Shown here piece by piece: positions 41,796 to 52,544 of a stretch of 64,000 nucleotides of DNA (position 1 is the first letter of the stretch; each line of letters opens with the position of its first letter). The notes below the pieces were generated by a model. It saw only the letters and a program-made list of their open reading frames with translations. It made no database searches and was not told where the DNA came from. The stretch is from Candidatus Epulonipiscium sp. (GTDB lineage: Bacteria; Bacillota; Clostridia; Lachnospirales; Cellulosilyticaceae), in NCBI GenBank assembly GCA_012518255.1, contig JAAYSX010000080.1:11932-75931 (forward strand), written 5' to 3'. The position numbers and the translations under genes were made by a program.

Positions 41796-41809
41796 AATTA
41801 TTAAACTAT

Positions 41810-43159
41810 TTATTCTCTTTCCTTGTTGACAAATCTTGTATATTCTCCAAGCCATATTAATTCTATTGTCCCTGTTGGACCATTTCTTTGTTTGGCCACA
41901 ATTACTTCCCCTACATTCTTTTGCTCTGTATCAGGATTATAGTACTCATCACGGTATAAAAACATAACTACGTCGGCATCTTGCTCTATTGCACCAGATT
42001 CACGTAAATCTGACAGCATAGGCCTATGGTCTGCCCTTGCTTCACATGCACGGGATAACTGAGATAAGGCAACTACAGGCGCGTTCATTTCACGGGCTAG
42101 GCCTTTTAAGGACCTGGATATTTCTGATATCTCTTGCTGCCTTGACTCACTTCTTCCAGTGCCACTCATTAGCTGAAGGTAGTCAATCATTATAAAATCA
42201 AGTCCATGTTCCAGTTTAAGCCTTCTACACTTGGCTCTTAATTCTGGCATGCTAATCCCCGGTGTATCATCTATAAATATAGAGGCTTCTGATAGTGGGC
42301 CTATTGCCCTTGCTAACCTAGTCCAATCTTCTTCTTCTAAAGATCCTGTTCTAATTTTTTGCGCATCTACCATAGCTTGAGAACATAGCATACGATTAAC
42401 TAGCTGGTCCTTGGACATTTCTAGACTAAAGATTGCAACCTTATGCCCATTTTTTACTGCTGCATGCTGGGCTATATTAAGTGCAAAAGCTGTTTTCCCC
42501 ATAGAGGGCCTAGCTGCAACTAAAATTAAATCTGATGGCTGAAATCCAGTAGTCCTGTAATCTAAATCTATAAATCCTGTAGCTACGCCTGTTATTTGCC
42601 CCTTATTCATATAGGTTTGCTCAATTTTTTCAACACTCGTAACCAGTATATCACTTAAGGCTGAAAAATCATCTGAATGCTTATTTTGCATAATATCAAA
42701 AATCTGTTTTTCTGCAAAGGTAACTACTTCATCGGCACTTTCCTTAGCCTCATAACTTTTTGCTGAGATTTCAGAACTTGTTTTGATTAATTTCCTAAGT
42801 ACTGACTTAGATTCCACAATCTTTGCATATTGTTTAATATGGGCTGATGTGGGAACAAAGGCAGCTAACTGAGTTATATATTCAATTCCACCAACTTGTT
42901 CGAATACCCCTTTTTCCTTTAGTTTATCTTGTATAGTTACTAGGTCAACTGGCTCTGCATTATTATACAGCTCCATAATTGCATCATAAATGAACCTATG
43001 ATCTGGCCTATAAAAATCATCAGCTACAAGAATTTCACTGGCCACTCCTGCTGCTTCATTATCCATAATAATAGCACCTAATACAGATTGTTCCGCCTCT
43101 ATATCATGAGGAGGGATTCTTGTTACTACAGATTCTTCCATAGGTATTCCTCTTTCCAA
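41810..43159 (-). CDS. dnaB: Replicative DNA helicase
   Basis: 449 aa with PPHDIEAEQSVLGAI and Walker A AARPSMGKTAFAL. No intein. Confidence 0.95.
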   Translation of the reverse strand: MERGIPMEESVVTRIPPHDIEAEQSVLGAIIMDNEAAGVASEILVADDFYRPDHRFIYDAIMELYNNAEPVDLVTIQDKLKEKGVFEQVGGIEYITQLAAFVPTSAHIKQYAKIVESKSVLRKLIKTSSEISAKSYEAKESADEVVTFAEKQIFDIMQNKHSDDFSALSDILVTSVEKIEQTYMNKGQITGVATGFIDLDYRTTGFQPSDLILVAARPSMGKTAFALNIAQHAAVKNGHKVAIFSLEMSKDQLVNRMLCSQAMVDAQKIRTGSLEEEDWTRLARAIGPLSEASIFIDDTPGISMPELRAKCRRLKLEHGLDFIMIDYLQLMSGTGRSESRQQEISEISRSLKGLAREMNAPVVALSQLSRACEARADHRPMLSDLRESGAIEQDADVVMFLYRDEYYNPDTEQKNVGEVIVAKQRNGPTGTIELIWLGEYTRFVNKERE

Positions 43160-43162
43160 AAC

Positions 43163-43609
43163 TTACATTTCTACTACTTTTACTTTAACAGTAGCTGTTA
43201 CTTTTGGATGTACTTTTACAGGTACATCATATGACCCTACTGTCTTTATTGAGTCCTTAAGCGTAATTTTCCTTCTATCTACTTTATAGCCCAATTGCTT
43301 ACTCATTTGCTCAGATACTTCTTTATTTGTTACAGATCCAAATAATTTTCCATTGTCCCCAACTTTAACTTTTATTTGAATTTCTTTACCATCTATACTT
43401 TTTGCAAGTTCCCTTGCTTCTTCTAGTTCTTCTTCCTTAAGACGTTTTTGTGAATCTGCCTTTAAATTTCTTTGGTATACAGCATGATCAGTTGCCATAG
43501 TAGCAAGTCCTCTTGGTATTAGATAGTTTCTTCCATACCCATCCTTAACATCTACTATATCACCTTTTTTACCAACATCCTTAACATCTTTTAATAAAAT
43601 TACTTCCAT
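43163..43609 (-). CDS. rplI: 50S ribosomal protein L9
   Basis: [36 protein letters not shown]. Start is 1 nt after the gdpP stop. Confidence 0.95.
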   Translation of the reverse strand: MEVILLKDVKDVGKKGDIVDVKDGYGRNYLIPRGLATMATDHAVYQRNLKADSQKRLKEEELEEARELAKSIDGKEIQIKVKVGDNGKLFGSVTNKEVSEQMSKQLGYKVDRRKITLKDSIKTVGSYDVPVKVHPKVTATVKVKVVEM

Positions 43610-43610
43610 T

Positions 43611-45617
43611 CTATTCACCTTCCTCAAAATATTTATCAATTGTTTCTATAAGTTTTTCTTCTGCCTCTTCTACTGTTTCTACTTCTAGCTGGGCGCCTGC
43701 TACCGTTTGGTGCCCTCCGCCACCTAGAATTTCCATTATTACCTGTACATTGATTTCGCCATGTGATCTAGCACTTATGGATATAGAATCCCCAAGTTTA
43801 GACATGGCAAAGGATGCCATTATACCCTTTATATTTAGTAATTCATCAGCTGTTTGTGCTGCTACAATAGATCTGTTTTCTACTTCTGCCTCAATGCTTG
43901 TAATTGCAATTTCATCTTTATATATTTTGGCATCATTTAGGGCCATAGCCCTTGCCTTGTAGGCTAACATATCACTTTGGAATAGCATACGCACCCTAGT
44001 ACTATCTGCACCATTTCGCCTTAGGAATGCAGCAGCTTCAAATGTTCTTACGCCTGTTTTAAATACAAAGTTCTTTGTATCCACTGTAATCCCTGCTAGA
44101 AGAGCATCTGCCTCTATATTAGTGAGTTTTACCTTCTCACCTATATATTGTAGTATTTCCGCAATCATTTCGCAAGTAGACGATATATAGGATTCATAAT
44201 AGGTAAGAACTGCATTATCTATATAGTCTGCACTTCTTCTGTGATGGTCAAAGACAACTATTCTTTCAGTCATTTCTAGAAGTTTAGGATTTTCAACATA
44301 ACTAGCCCTATGAACATCTACAATTACAAGAAGTACTTTGGAATTCATCTTCCCTTCAGCATCTTCCCCACTTATAAATAAATCCTTATATTCCTCATGT
44401 TCCATAATTTGATTGTACAGTGCCTGAATGGATGATGTGGGCTCATCTAAAATTATTTGAGCCTTCTTACCCATCATGGCTGCTACCCTATACACACCCA
44501 TAGCCGCCCCTAAACAATCCATATCCATATTCTTATGGCCCATAATAATTAGACTATCTGATTCCTGGATAAGCTCTTTAAAGGCATAGGCCTTCATACG
44601 AGCCTTTACACGGGTACTTTTCTCTACTTCTTTGGATTTACCACCATAAAAGGTGTACTTATCCTGGTTTTTAATAACTGCCTGGTCCCCTCCCCTACCT
44701 AAGGCTAAATCAAGGGCTGCTCTTGCTTCATCAACTGATCCTCTTAAAGACTTAACATTATCTCCTACTCCTATACTCATAGTTACTGGAAGATCATTGC
44801 CCATTTGGGTTTTTCTCATTTCATCTAGAATCGAAAATTTTGTTTCCTGGATATCCGCCAATAGTTCATGGGGAAAAACCATCATATATTTATCTCTTTC
44901 AAATTTCCTTACTATTACATCTTCATCTTTCATCCACCTATGAACCTTTCGGTCAATTAGGGCTGTCAGCATAGGCCGCCTTACTTCATCAACATTTTGT
45001 GCTATTTCTGTATAGTTGTCTATATACAAGATAGCAACTATGCATCTTTTATCTGTTAATTGGGTTTCTAGATCAATAAGCTCCGTCTTATCTGTAAAGT
45101 AAATTATATAATTATATTCCTTACCATCCTCTTCTTCCATAGCTACAAGTTCAGAGTACATTGTATAGGACCTTTCCTCTATAGTTATACTTGTTTCCAT
45201 TATTGTATTGTCCTTAGGAAAATCTTCAATCTGAACTCCTGGTAATATTGACCTTATATTAGTATCTAATATATTCCTATTATTTGTCATATTTTTAAAG
45301 GATTCATTATACCACCAGATCTCCCCTTGCATGTTTATGGCAATCATAGGTAAAGGTGACCTGATAAACATTTCCTTCCTTGCTTTTCCTATTTTAATTA
45401 ATCTATAATCAATATTATTTAGTATATGGCTTTGGGCATTCCTAAAACTATAAAAATTACTAACCATTAATAGCAAGAATAATATTATACCTGTGATTCC
45501 AAGTACTATGTTTTTACTAGCTACTACCATGGAATAGAAAACTCCACAAACCATACTAGCCTGAATAAAACGCATAATCCATGTTAAATATCGAAATGGC
45601 TTATTTAACTTTTTCAT
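43611..45617 (-). CDS. gdpP: Cyclic-di-AMP phosphodiesterase GdpP (DHH/DHHA1, YybT family)
   Basis: Two N-terminal TM segments, a PAS-like and degenerate GGDEF region, DHH motifs (VFDHHR) and GGGGH DHHA1. Lies in yybS-gdpP-rplI-dnaB synteny. Confidence 0.88.
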   Translation of the reverse strand: MKKLNKPFRYLTWIMRFIQASMVCGVFYSMVVASKNIVLGITGIILFLLLMVSNFYSFRNAQSHILNNIDYRLIKIGKARKEMFIRSPLPMIAINMQGEIWWYNESFKNMTNNRNILDTNIRSILPGVQIEDFPKDNTIMETSITIEERSYTMYSELVAMEEEDGKEYNYIIYFTDKTELIDLETQLTDKRCIVAILYIDNYTEIAQNVDEVRRPMLTALIDRKVHRWMKDEDVIVRKFERDKYMMVFPHELLADIQETKFSILDEMRKTQMGNDLPVTMSIGVGDNVKSLRGSVDEARAALDLALGRGGDQAVIKNQDKYTFYGGKSKEVEKSTRVKARMKAYAFKELIQESDSLIIMGHKNMDMDCLGAAMGVYRVAAMMGKKAQIILDEPTSSIQALYNQIMEHEEYKDLFISGEDAEGKMNSKVLLVIVDVHRASYVENPKLLEMTERIVVFDHHRRSADYIDNAVLTYYESYISSTCEMIAEILQYIGEKVKLTNIEADALLAGITVDTKNFVFKTGVRTFEAAAFLRRNGADSTRVRMLFQSDMLAYKARAMALNDAKIYKDEIAITSIEAEVENRSIVAAQTADELLNIKGIMASFAMSKLGDSISISARSHGEINVQVIMEILGGGGHQTVAGAQLEVETVEEAEEKLIETIDKYFEEGE

Positions 45618-45646
45618 ACATCTCATAACCTTTCTTTAATATATAG

Positions 45647-46624
45647 CTATATTAGTGTATCGACTTTCCTAAAGTTGAAAAGTGAATCTAGAAAACCAAA
45701 TACAGCTAATAAAATCGGATTGAATATGAGCCAGAATACACTTATAACTATTAATAAAACCCTAAATACTTTCTTGATAGTTAATTTCTTAATTAAGGCA
45801 ACCAAACATATAAATCCTATGATCTGAAATAGGGCAAATAAAATACTTAGCATACTTTCTGCTGCAAATACTGATGCACTATCTATATCTCCCTTTTTAG
45901 ATATTAGTAGCCATAAGCCCATAAATACCCATGCTGATACAGATGATAATTTTACATTATATATTTCCTTTACTTCTGGTCTTTGCCAGGATCTAATTTT
46001 GGCAATTAATTGTATTAAAAACAAATGTATTGTACTTGTTATTAAACTTTTTATAAATAGCATAGCCGGATATGTTCTTTTAGCCTGGCGTATAAACTTT
46101 GCCATGGTCTGAGCATATATTTTTTCTGCATTTTCCATATCTGGCAAGATGTTTTGTGCTTTCATATCACTTAATTGCTTATTCCAAATGTTTTGCATTT
46201 TATCTAATCCATTATAGTAAGCCTCTAAGTAGTTAGTTCCTAAAAATCTAGATATAATTAAATATATGATTCCATTTAAAAAAATTACTACGGTTGTTAC
46301 AATAATAATTTTGGGTATGTTTTTTTCCTCACAGTAAAGTGTGCCGAATATTAATGATGGAATAAGTATAAACAACAAAAATGCACTAATTATCATAGGG
46401 TCTAATGTACCCGTATTGATAAAGGAAATGATTATTGATAGGATAATACCCATTGTTCCTATTAATTCTTTTCTCCTTGTTTTAATTAGCACCAAACTCA
46501 TTGGCACTGCAAAGATAGGCCAGAGCATCATCTGACTTATATTATATACGCCTATATATCCTGTTAATATATAAAATCCTATTGTTATACTCATCCACAA
46601 AAATTCTTTTTGTTTCGAGTCCAT
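45647..46624 (-). CDS. yybS: YybS-family polytopic membrane protein (DUF2232)
   Basis: 325-aa multi-TM protein in the conserved position upstream of gdpP. Confidence 0.75.
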   Translation of the reverse strand: MDSKQKEFLWMSITIGFYILTGYIGVYNISQMMLWPIFAVPMSLVLIKTRRKELIGTMGIILSIIISFINTGTLDPMIISAFLLFILIPSLIFGTLYCEEKNIPKIIIVTTVVIFLNGIIYLIISRFLGTNYLEAYYNGLDKMQNIWNKQLSDMKAQNILPDMENAEKIYAQTMAKFIRQAKRTYPAMLFIKSLITSTIHLFLIQLIAKIRSWQRPEVKEIYNVKLSSVSAWVFMGLWLLISKKGDIDSASVFAAESMLSILFALFQIIGFICLVALIKKLTIKKVFRVLLIVISVFWLIFNPILLAVFGFLDSLFNFRKVDTLI

Positions 46625-46642
46625 TTATGTACCTCCTATTAG

Positions 46643-46960
46643 CTATTCTAGTAGTTCAAAATGCTGCAATAACTCAGCTAAGTCTTCATGCCACATATCG
46701 TTTCTTTTACTTTCCCTTACTCCTAATCTAGTTTTATTAATTATACGCCTATCTATCTGCATATATGAAATACCTAATTGTTCAGATAGAAGATATGATA
46801 ATATTATAATGTCCGCAAGTAAGTCTCCTATTTCAATATTAGAATTTTTGTTGCTTCCATTTAGTTCCTCAAATAGCTGCGCTACATCTGTTAGCATTTG
46901 TGTCTTTAAATTTTCTATTATCCTAAACTTCCTTGTAATATCAACCTCTTTTTCTATCAT
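46643..46960 (-). CDS. MazG-like nucleotide pyrophosphohydrolase family protein
   Basis: 105-aa all-helical protein (EELNGS..EIGDLLADIIILSYLLSEQLG). Assignment is by pattern only. Confidence 0.55.
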   Translation of the reverse strand: MIEKEVDITRKFRIIENLKTQMLTDVAQLFEELNGSNKNSNIEIGDLLADIIILSYLLSEQLGISYMQIDRRIINKTRLGVRESKRNDMWHEDLAELLQHFELLE

Positions 46961-47068
46961 TTAATACTAACCCCCTATTTATACCTACACTAGTTTATTA
47001 TACTTTAGTGTTTCATTAGTATACCACAAATTATGCTTTATGATAACTAAAGAACCTTCCTACTAGAT

Positions 47069-47105
47069 AAAAAAACAACCCTGCATTGTTAATGCATGGG
47101 TTGTT
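47069..47105 (-). terminator. Rho-independent terminator overlapping the end of the CdaR-family gene
   Basis: Stem aacaaccc / gggttgtt with an inner tgcat/atgca pairing, followed by T7 on the minus strand. Confidence 0.75.
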
Positions 47106-48276
47106 CCCTTAAACATATAGCAATATATAGCTTCATACATTCATAAGCTTTGGTAATATCTATTCCGAACTCTTCTTTAATCTTATTAATCCTATATCCT
47201 ATTGTATTCCTATGAACAAATAGTGCCTCTGATGTACTACCTATGTTCATATTATTTTCAAAATAAACTTTTACAGTTTCTATAAGCTCCTGCTTTAGCT
47301 TGTTTTTTGATTGACTAAAAAAATCATCATAGTTTTCTAGATATTGTTCCTTATATCCATATGATATACTGTCCATTAGTAATTCTATACTGTAATTTTT
47401 AACTGATATAATATCTTTTCTATTTTCCTGACTATTGTTAATGATAACTGCCCTATCTAGTTTACTATAATTCTTGCCGTAATCACTATAAGTCTTACAC
47501 TCTTCACTAATTACAAAGCTTACATCTATTTTTAGCTCTTTTATAATCTGCTGTCTTAACTCTATTATATCTTCTTTTAAATTATCCTTATAGGGTAGTA
47601 TCATAATAAAGCTACCATCATATAAGTAAAATATTATTATTTTTTCATCTTTATAATAGGACTTAACAAATTCTAATAGCTTAGATTTGGCCTCCTGGAT
47701 TTTTATTTCCCCAGACTGCTGAAGTTCTTTAGAAAGATAATTTATACTGCCAACAGCAATAATCTTGTTTCTTAAATCTCCAACATTTAGGAATTTGGCT
47801 CTTCTTTCATAGGTTTCTTCGTCCTTAACCCCTGGTGATTTTATTAATTCTAAAATAAAGTTCACTATAGCTTGATCTTGTAATTCCCTATTATATCTTG
47901 ATTCATTTTCTTGAATCAATAACTCAACAAGTTCTTTAACTATTAGTCCATAGGGCTTTATTTCCTTTGGATCTCCTGTAATCCCTACTATACCTATAGT
48001 CTTCTTTTTATATTTGATAGGTAGATTAATACCTTCCTTACATCCTTTATATAGATGCTTATTTTGCTCAGTTATAATAACTTCAACATCACTAGTAGCA
48101 GCCAACCTGCCACCTTCATGAAATGTTCCTATTCTCTTTGGGTTACTTGAAGCCACTACAATACCTTGCAAATTAATTATATTAATATTTTTATCTACAA
48201 TATTATATACTCTTTCAACAATCTGTTTACATTCTTCTGACTTAAGCACATTGCACCTCCCGTCATAATGTAGCAT
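47089..48276 (-). CDS. CdaR-family (sugar diacid type) transcriptional regulator with PucR-type C-terminal HTH
   Basis: 395 aa with an N-terminal diacid-recognition-like domain (IVERVYNIVDKNINIINLQGIVVASSNPKRIGTFHEG) and a C-terminal STSEALFVHRNTIGYRINKIKE. Confidence 0.8.
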   Translation of the reverse strand: MLHYDGRCNVLKSEECKQIVERVYNIVDKNINIINLQGIVVASSNPKRIGTFHEGGRLAATSDVEVIITEQNKHLYKGCKEGINLPIKYKKKTIGIVGITGDPKEIKPYGLIVKELVELLIQENESRYNRELQDQAIVNFILELIKSPGVKDEETYERRAKFLNVGDLRNKIIAVGSINYLSKELQQSGEIKIQEAKSKLLEFVKSYYKDEKIIIFYLYDGSFIMILPYKDNLKEDIIELRQQIIKELKIDVSFVISEECKTYSDYGKNYSKLDRAVIINNSQENRKDIISVKNYSIELLMDSISYGYKEQYLENYDDFFSQSKNKLKQELIETVKVYFENNMNIGSTSEALFVHRNTIGYRINKIKEEFGIDITKAYECMKLYIAICLREQPMH

Positions 48277-48383
48277 ATTTTTATCTAGAATTGCTTTTTC
48301 TAGTACATATGATTATAACTTCATTTGTTCTTATAGTAAAGTATTTGATTTATCTCTACATTATAAGGGAGTTTTATTGTTTA

Positions 48384-49034
48384 TTAAGAAAGAACTTCCA
48401 CAATCAAATCAACTGCTGAATTTATACTGGATAGCACCTGGCATTTACATAGCTCTTCCATTCTCTCTTGAAGGTGGGACATAGAAGCTTGGGCTAATAT
48501 AATAAGCTCTGCATCCTTTAAATTAGAAGCTTCTTCAAGTAGCATTTTGTCGTGAAGCTCTATATCACCTTGCTTCATTGCTTCATATGCTGGTCCAACG
48601 ACCTTATATTCAACATTAATATCTTTTGCTTTATCCCTGGCTATTGATTCTAAATGTGACTTTGTAGGACCTATAGTACTGTCTGCCGTTGCCAAAATAG
48701 TAATTTTCTTATCACTTTCAACAGCCATAGTTAGCATGTTCTCATCAATTTTATATATGGGGACACTTATAAACTGTTTAAGCTCCTCAATTGCCATTGA
48801 TAAGGAAGAGCATGTGGCCAGTATTAAATCTGGCTTAGTAGACTCAGCTAGCTTAATCAGTGCTAATAGTCTCATATAATCTTCTTCTTCAAATCCATCC
48901 TTTTTATTTAATTCCTTAGCTATATGTTCATCTAAAATGTTAGATACATCAAGATCAGGCATTCTTTCCTTTAATTTTTTCTCAAATGATAGGGTAACTG
49001 GTTTAACTGTATTGATTAGTACTACTTTTTTCAT
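48384..49034 (-). CDS. Asp/Glu/hydantoin-racemase-fold protein (AroM-like); function unknown
   Basis: 216 aa with DLILATCSS as first motif. The position of the second motif reads LIILAQASMS, with no Cys. Confidence 0.6.
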   Translation of the reverse strand: MKKVVLINTVKPVTLSFEKKLKERMPDLDVSNILDEHIAKELNKKDGFEEEDYMRLLALIKLAESTKPDLILATCSSLSMAIEELKQFISVPIYKIDENMLTMAVESDKKITILATADSTIGPTKSHLESIARDKAKDINVEYKVVGPAYEAMKQGDIELHDKMLLEEASNLKDAELIILAQASMSHLQERMEELCKCQVLSSINSAVDLIVEVLS

Positions 49035-50026
49035 AGTTCCTCCATCTTTCTTTTCTTAATGACTTCATTATTAGCAATATTATCTGGATATTTGTTATTT
49101 AAAATATCAAGTATTCCCCCCATTGCCTCACCTAGCATTTGCATTCTTACATCTGCTATATTTGTGCAGCAATGAGGTGTAATAACAATATTAGGTAGGT
49201 CTATAATTTCCTGAGATATATTAGGTTCAAATTCATGTACATCTAAGGCTGCACCCCTTATTATCTTATTTTTTAGGGCATGCACTAGGGCTTTTTCCTC
49301 AACTATCGGGCCTCTAGAAGCGTTAATTAAATATGCTGTATCTTTCATAAGGGATATGCGCTCACTATTCATAAAATGATGGTGTTCCTTAGTGTAGGGC
49401 ATATGCAAACTTATTACGTCTGAATTTCTTATTAAATCGTCTACTTCCATATACCTAGCATTTAGCTTTTTTTCATCTTCCTTGGACATTTTGTTTAAAT
49501 CATAATATATAATATCCATACCTAAGCCTACAGCTTTTTTTGCAACACTTCTTCCTATTCTTCCAAAGCCTATGATGCCTAATGTTCTACCAGATATGAC
49601 CATATCCCTTTCAAAGAGCAATGTTGGCTTGCATTTTTTTTCGATACGTAACTCTCTATCATATCGTACAGTACTTCTACAAATACTTAGCATAAGGGCT
49701 ATTGTCATTTCTGCTGTAGGTTCTGTAACTGTTGTAGGTGCATTAACAACAAAAATATTCTTTTCTGACGCATATCCTACATCTATATTATCCAGTCCTG
49801 ATCCTAAATTACCAATAACTTTTAAGTTCTCACCTAAGTCTATCATGTCTTTTCTGCATGGGAAATCTGCAATACACATAAAAGCATCTGCATCTTTAAT
49901 AGCAATCCTAGCCTCTTCCTCTGTAAACACACCTAAGGGTTCCTTAGGACAGATTACTTCTATATCCGCTAATCTTTCTTCGAATCTTTCTAATGGCATA
50001 TTATGACTTAATACAATTTTCTTCAT
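49031..50026 (-). CDS. D-isomer-specific 2-hydroxyacid dehydrogenase
   Basis: GIIGFGRIGRSVAKKA NAD site, INASRGPIVEE and ITPHC. ATGA overlap with the downstream gene. Confidence 0.85.
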   Translation of the reverse strand: MKKIVLSHNMPLERFEERLADIEVICPKEPLGVFTEEEARIAIKDADAFMCIADFPCRKDMIDLGENLKVIGNLGSGLDNIDVGYASEKNIFVVNAPTTVTEPTAEMTIALMLSICRSTVRYDRELRIEKKCKPTLLFERDMVISGRTLGIIGFGRIGRSVAKKAVGLGMDIIYYDLNKMSKEDEKKLNARYMEVDDLIRNSDVISLHMPYTKEHHHFMNSERISLMKDTAYLINASRGPIVEEKALVHALKNKIIRGAALDVHEFEPNISQEIIDLPNIVITPHCCTNIADVRMQMLGEAMGGILDILNNKYPDNIANNEVIKKRKMEEL

Positions 50027-50077
50027 ATTATTTCTCCCATCCATAGCAAGTTACCTAATTACTTATCCCTGTAATTA

Positions 50078-51016
50078 CTATTTACATTTTTTCATAGCCG
50101 CTTTAAATGCACTATTTACTTTTTCGTATGCAAATCTAGCCGATGTTTCTGGGGAAACTCCTATATAAGGACGCATCTCTAGGGAAATTGTAGGTCTATC
50201 ATCATTTTTTACTTTCTTTATATGGCCACATTCAATAAGCTTAACAAATTGTTCTGTTAGTTCATCCCTATCAAAAACCCCACCTTGGACACCTAACGGT
50301 GGATGGGTATGTCCATAATATTCACTATTAGGGTCACTTACTGCATCTCCTATATGAATATGGGCTAATCCTGCCCTTAAGGAGTGGGATAAGGCAAAAT
50401 CAAAAGTTTCATCCATAAGTGGTAGATGGGCGCTATCTAACATTAATCTTGCATTACTAGCACCTTTTTCTTGCATCTCCTGAATGAAATCTGCACACTC
50501 ATCTGTTGGACCTAAGATGATTTTCTTGAATACGTCTCTTTCTATAGGCTCTATTGCAACAAGCATATCGTGTTTTTCAGCATAATCTGCTACTTGTAAA
50601 AAATACTCCTTATATCTTTCTAAGAGTTCTGAACGTTTGTCAGGTCCTTTATCTGCACACCCTGTTACAACAAATACTTTAACCCCTGCTTCTGCTGCAT
50701 AATCTATATGTGTTTTTGCTAATTTAACTGCATTAGCCCTATATTCGCTATTGTCACTTGCCGGATTATACTCACCGTCTAACTGAAACTCAATAGGCGT
50801 ATTGTAATTTAATACCTTATTGTACTTCTTTAGCATTTTAATTTCATACTCACGTATTTCTTTATTGTGGGGCAAGAATGTATCAAGGGTTTCATACTCC
50901 TGCATCTTACAACATGCAACAAAGGCTGCCAAATGCTCCATATCATCTTCAAATGCATCTGGCATAAGCATAGTTGGGCTAATACCTAATTTAATATAAT
51001 CCTCCATTTTAATCAT
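50078..51016 (-). CDS. Xylose-isomerase-like TIM-barrel protein (sugar phosphate isomerase/epimerase family), distant paralogue of 62174-64000
   Basis: 312 aa with VAIEPIE, LDSAHL, HIHIGDAV...HPPLGVQGGVFDRDEL and ISLEMRP. This is the same motif order as in the tandem pair. Confidence 0.75.
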   Translation of the reverse strand: MIKMEDYIKLGISPTMLMPDAFEDDMEHLAAFVACCKMQEYETLDTFLPHNKEIREYEIKMLKKYNKVLNYNTPIEFQLDGEYNPASDNSEYRANAVKLAKTHIDYAAEAGVKVFVVTGCADKGPDKRSELLERYKEYFLQVADYAEKHDMLVAIEPIERDVFKKIILGPTDECADFIQEMQEKGASNARLMLDSAHLPLMDETFDFALSHSLRAGLAHIHIGDAVSDPNSEYYGHTHPPLGVQGGVFDRDELTEQFVKLIECGHIKKVKNDDRPTISLEMRPYIGVSPETSARFAYEKVNSAFKAAMKKCK

Positions 51017-51043
51017 TCTATTCTCCTTTATCCTAGTGTATAT

Positions 51044-52537
51044 TTAACTTGCTTCTTTTCGCCTAACATTAACTATAATAGCTTTTATAATTGGATATAA
51101 TAAAGCAATTGCTGCAACTGCTATAAATGCTGCTGCCATTGGCCTTTGAACAAATATTGCATAACTTCCCTGGGACATAACTAAACTTCTTCTAAAGTTA
51201 CCTTCTGCCATTGGTCCTAATATAAGAGCCAGAACAATAGGGGATAGTGGAAAACCACCTTTTGTAAGGAAGTATCCTATTACTCCTGCAACTAACATAA
51301 CCATAATATCTTTAAAGTTATTATTAATTGCAAAAGATCCCACAGTACATAAAACAATAATTGAAGGAATTAGTACTTGCTTAGGAATTGAAACAACCTT
51401 TACAAAGAGACGTTGCCCTGAAAGTCCTAAAATTAACATAACTATATTAGCAATCATAAATCCTGCAAATATTGTATATACAGTTGGCGCATGATCCACA
51501 AATAATTGAGGTCCTGGAATAAGGTTATGCACCATAAATGCACCTAATAAAACTGCCGTGTTAGAGTCACCTGGTATACCTAGTGTCAATAAAGGAATTA
51601 AGGCTCCACCAGTTGTACCGTTATTTGAGGCTTCTGGGGCTGCAACTCCTTCTGGTATCCCTGTTCCAAATTTCTCTGGGTGCTTGGAAACACGTTTCTC
51701 CATATCGTAAGAAACAAAAGCACTAATATCACCACCAGCACCTGGTATACTACCAATAAAAGTACCCATAACTCCCGCCCTAAGAATAGTTGGCCATATT
51801 GTCTTTAAATCTTCCTTTGTAGGCAGAGCCCTTGTTATTTTGTTTATTTCAGCCCTTTTTTCAAATATATCTTCAATACTTACGAAACACTGGCTAAGTG
51901 CAAAAAGTCCAACTAATACTGGTATAAAAGCAAGCCCTCCAGATAAAAATGTAGATCCGAAAGTAAACCTTGCATATCCTGTAATATTATCCATTCCAAT
52001 TAAAGATAATATTAAACCTAAAGTACCTGACATTAGACCCTTTACTAAAGAATCTCCAGATATACTAGCTATAATACTAATACCAAAGAGTGCAAGACCA
52101 AAAATTTCTGGTGCACTAAATCTTAAGGCAAATTCTGCAAGAAGTGGTGCAATTAATATTAGAATTACCCCACTAATAATTCCCCCACCAGCTGAAGCTA
52201 CTGTTGCTATTCCTAGTGCCCTACCGGCTTCTCCTTTTAGGGTAAAAGGATAACCATCTAAAAGTGTAGCTGCTGCAGAGGGTGTCCCTGGTGTGTTTAT
52301 TAAAATTGCAGTAATTGATCCTCCATAAATAGCTCCTACGAAAATACCAATTAATAATAATATTCCTATTTCTGGTTTCATGGCAAATGTTAAGGGCATA
52401 AGAAGAGCAATTCCCATTGTAGATGTAAGTCCCGGCATTGCCCCAAATGAAATCCCCATAACAACTCCAGCAAATATAGCCATTAAAGTTGGTATACTAA
52501 AAACATTACCTAATACTGTTGAAAACATAATCTCCAC
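51044..52537 (-). CDS. tctA: Tripartite tricarboxylate transporter, large permease TctA
   Basis: 497-aa polytopic protein with TctA-type GxPG-rich loops (IPGAGGDISAF, GIPGDS). Confidence 0.85.
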   Translation of the reverse strand: MEIMFSTVLGNVFSIPTLMAIFAGVVMGISFGAMPGLTSTMGIALLMPLTFAMKPEIGILLLIGIFVGAIYGGSITAILINTPGTPSAAATLLDGYPFTLKGEAGRALGIATVASAGGGIISGVILILIAPLLAEFALRFSAPEIFGLALFGISIIASISGDSLVKGLMSGTLGLILSLIGMDNITGYARFTFGSTFLSGGLAFIPVLVGLFALSQCFVSIEDIFEKRAEINKITRALPTKEDLKTIWPTILRAGVMGTFIGSIPGAGGDISAFVSYDMEKRVSKHPEKFGTGIPEGVAAPEASNNGTTGGALIPLLTLGIPGDSNTAVLLGAFMVHNLIPGPQLFVDHAPTVYTIFAGFMIANIVMLILGLSGQRLFVKVVSIPKQVLIPSIIVLCTVGSFAINNNFKDIMVMLVAGVIGYFLTKGGFPLSPIVLALILGPMAEGNFRRSLVMSQGSYAIFVQRPMAAAFIAVAAIALLYPIIKAIIVNVRRKEAS

Positions 52538-52544
52538 CTACCTC

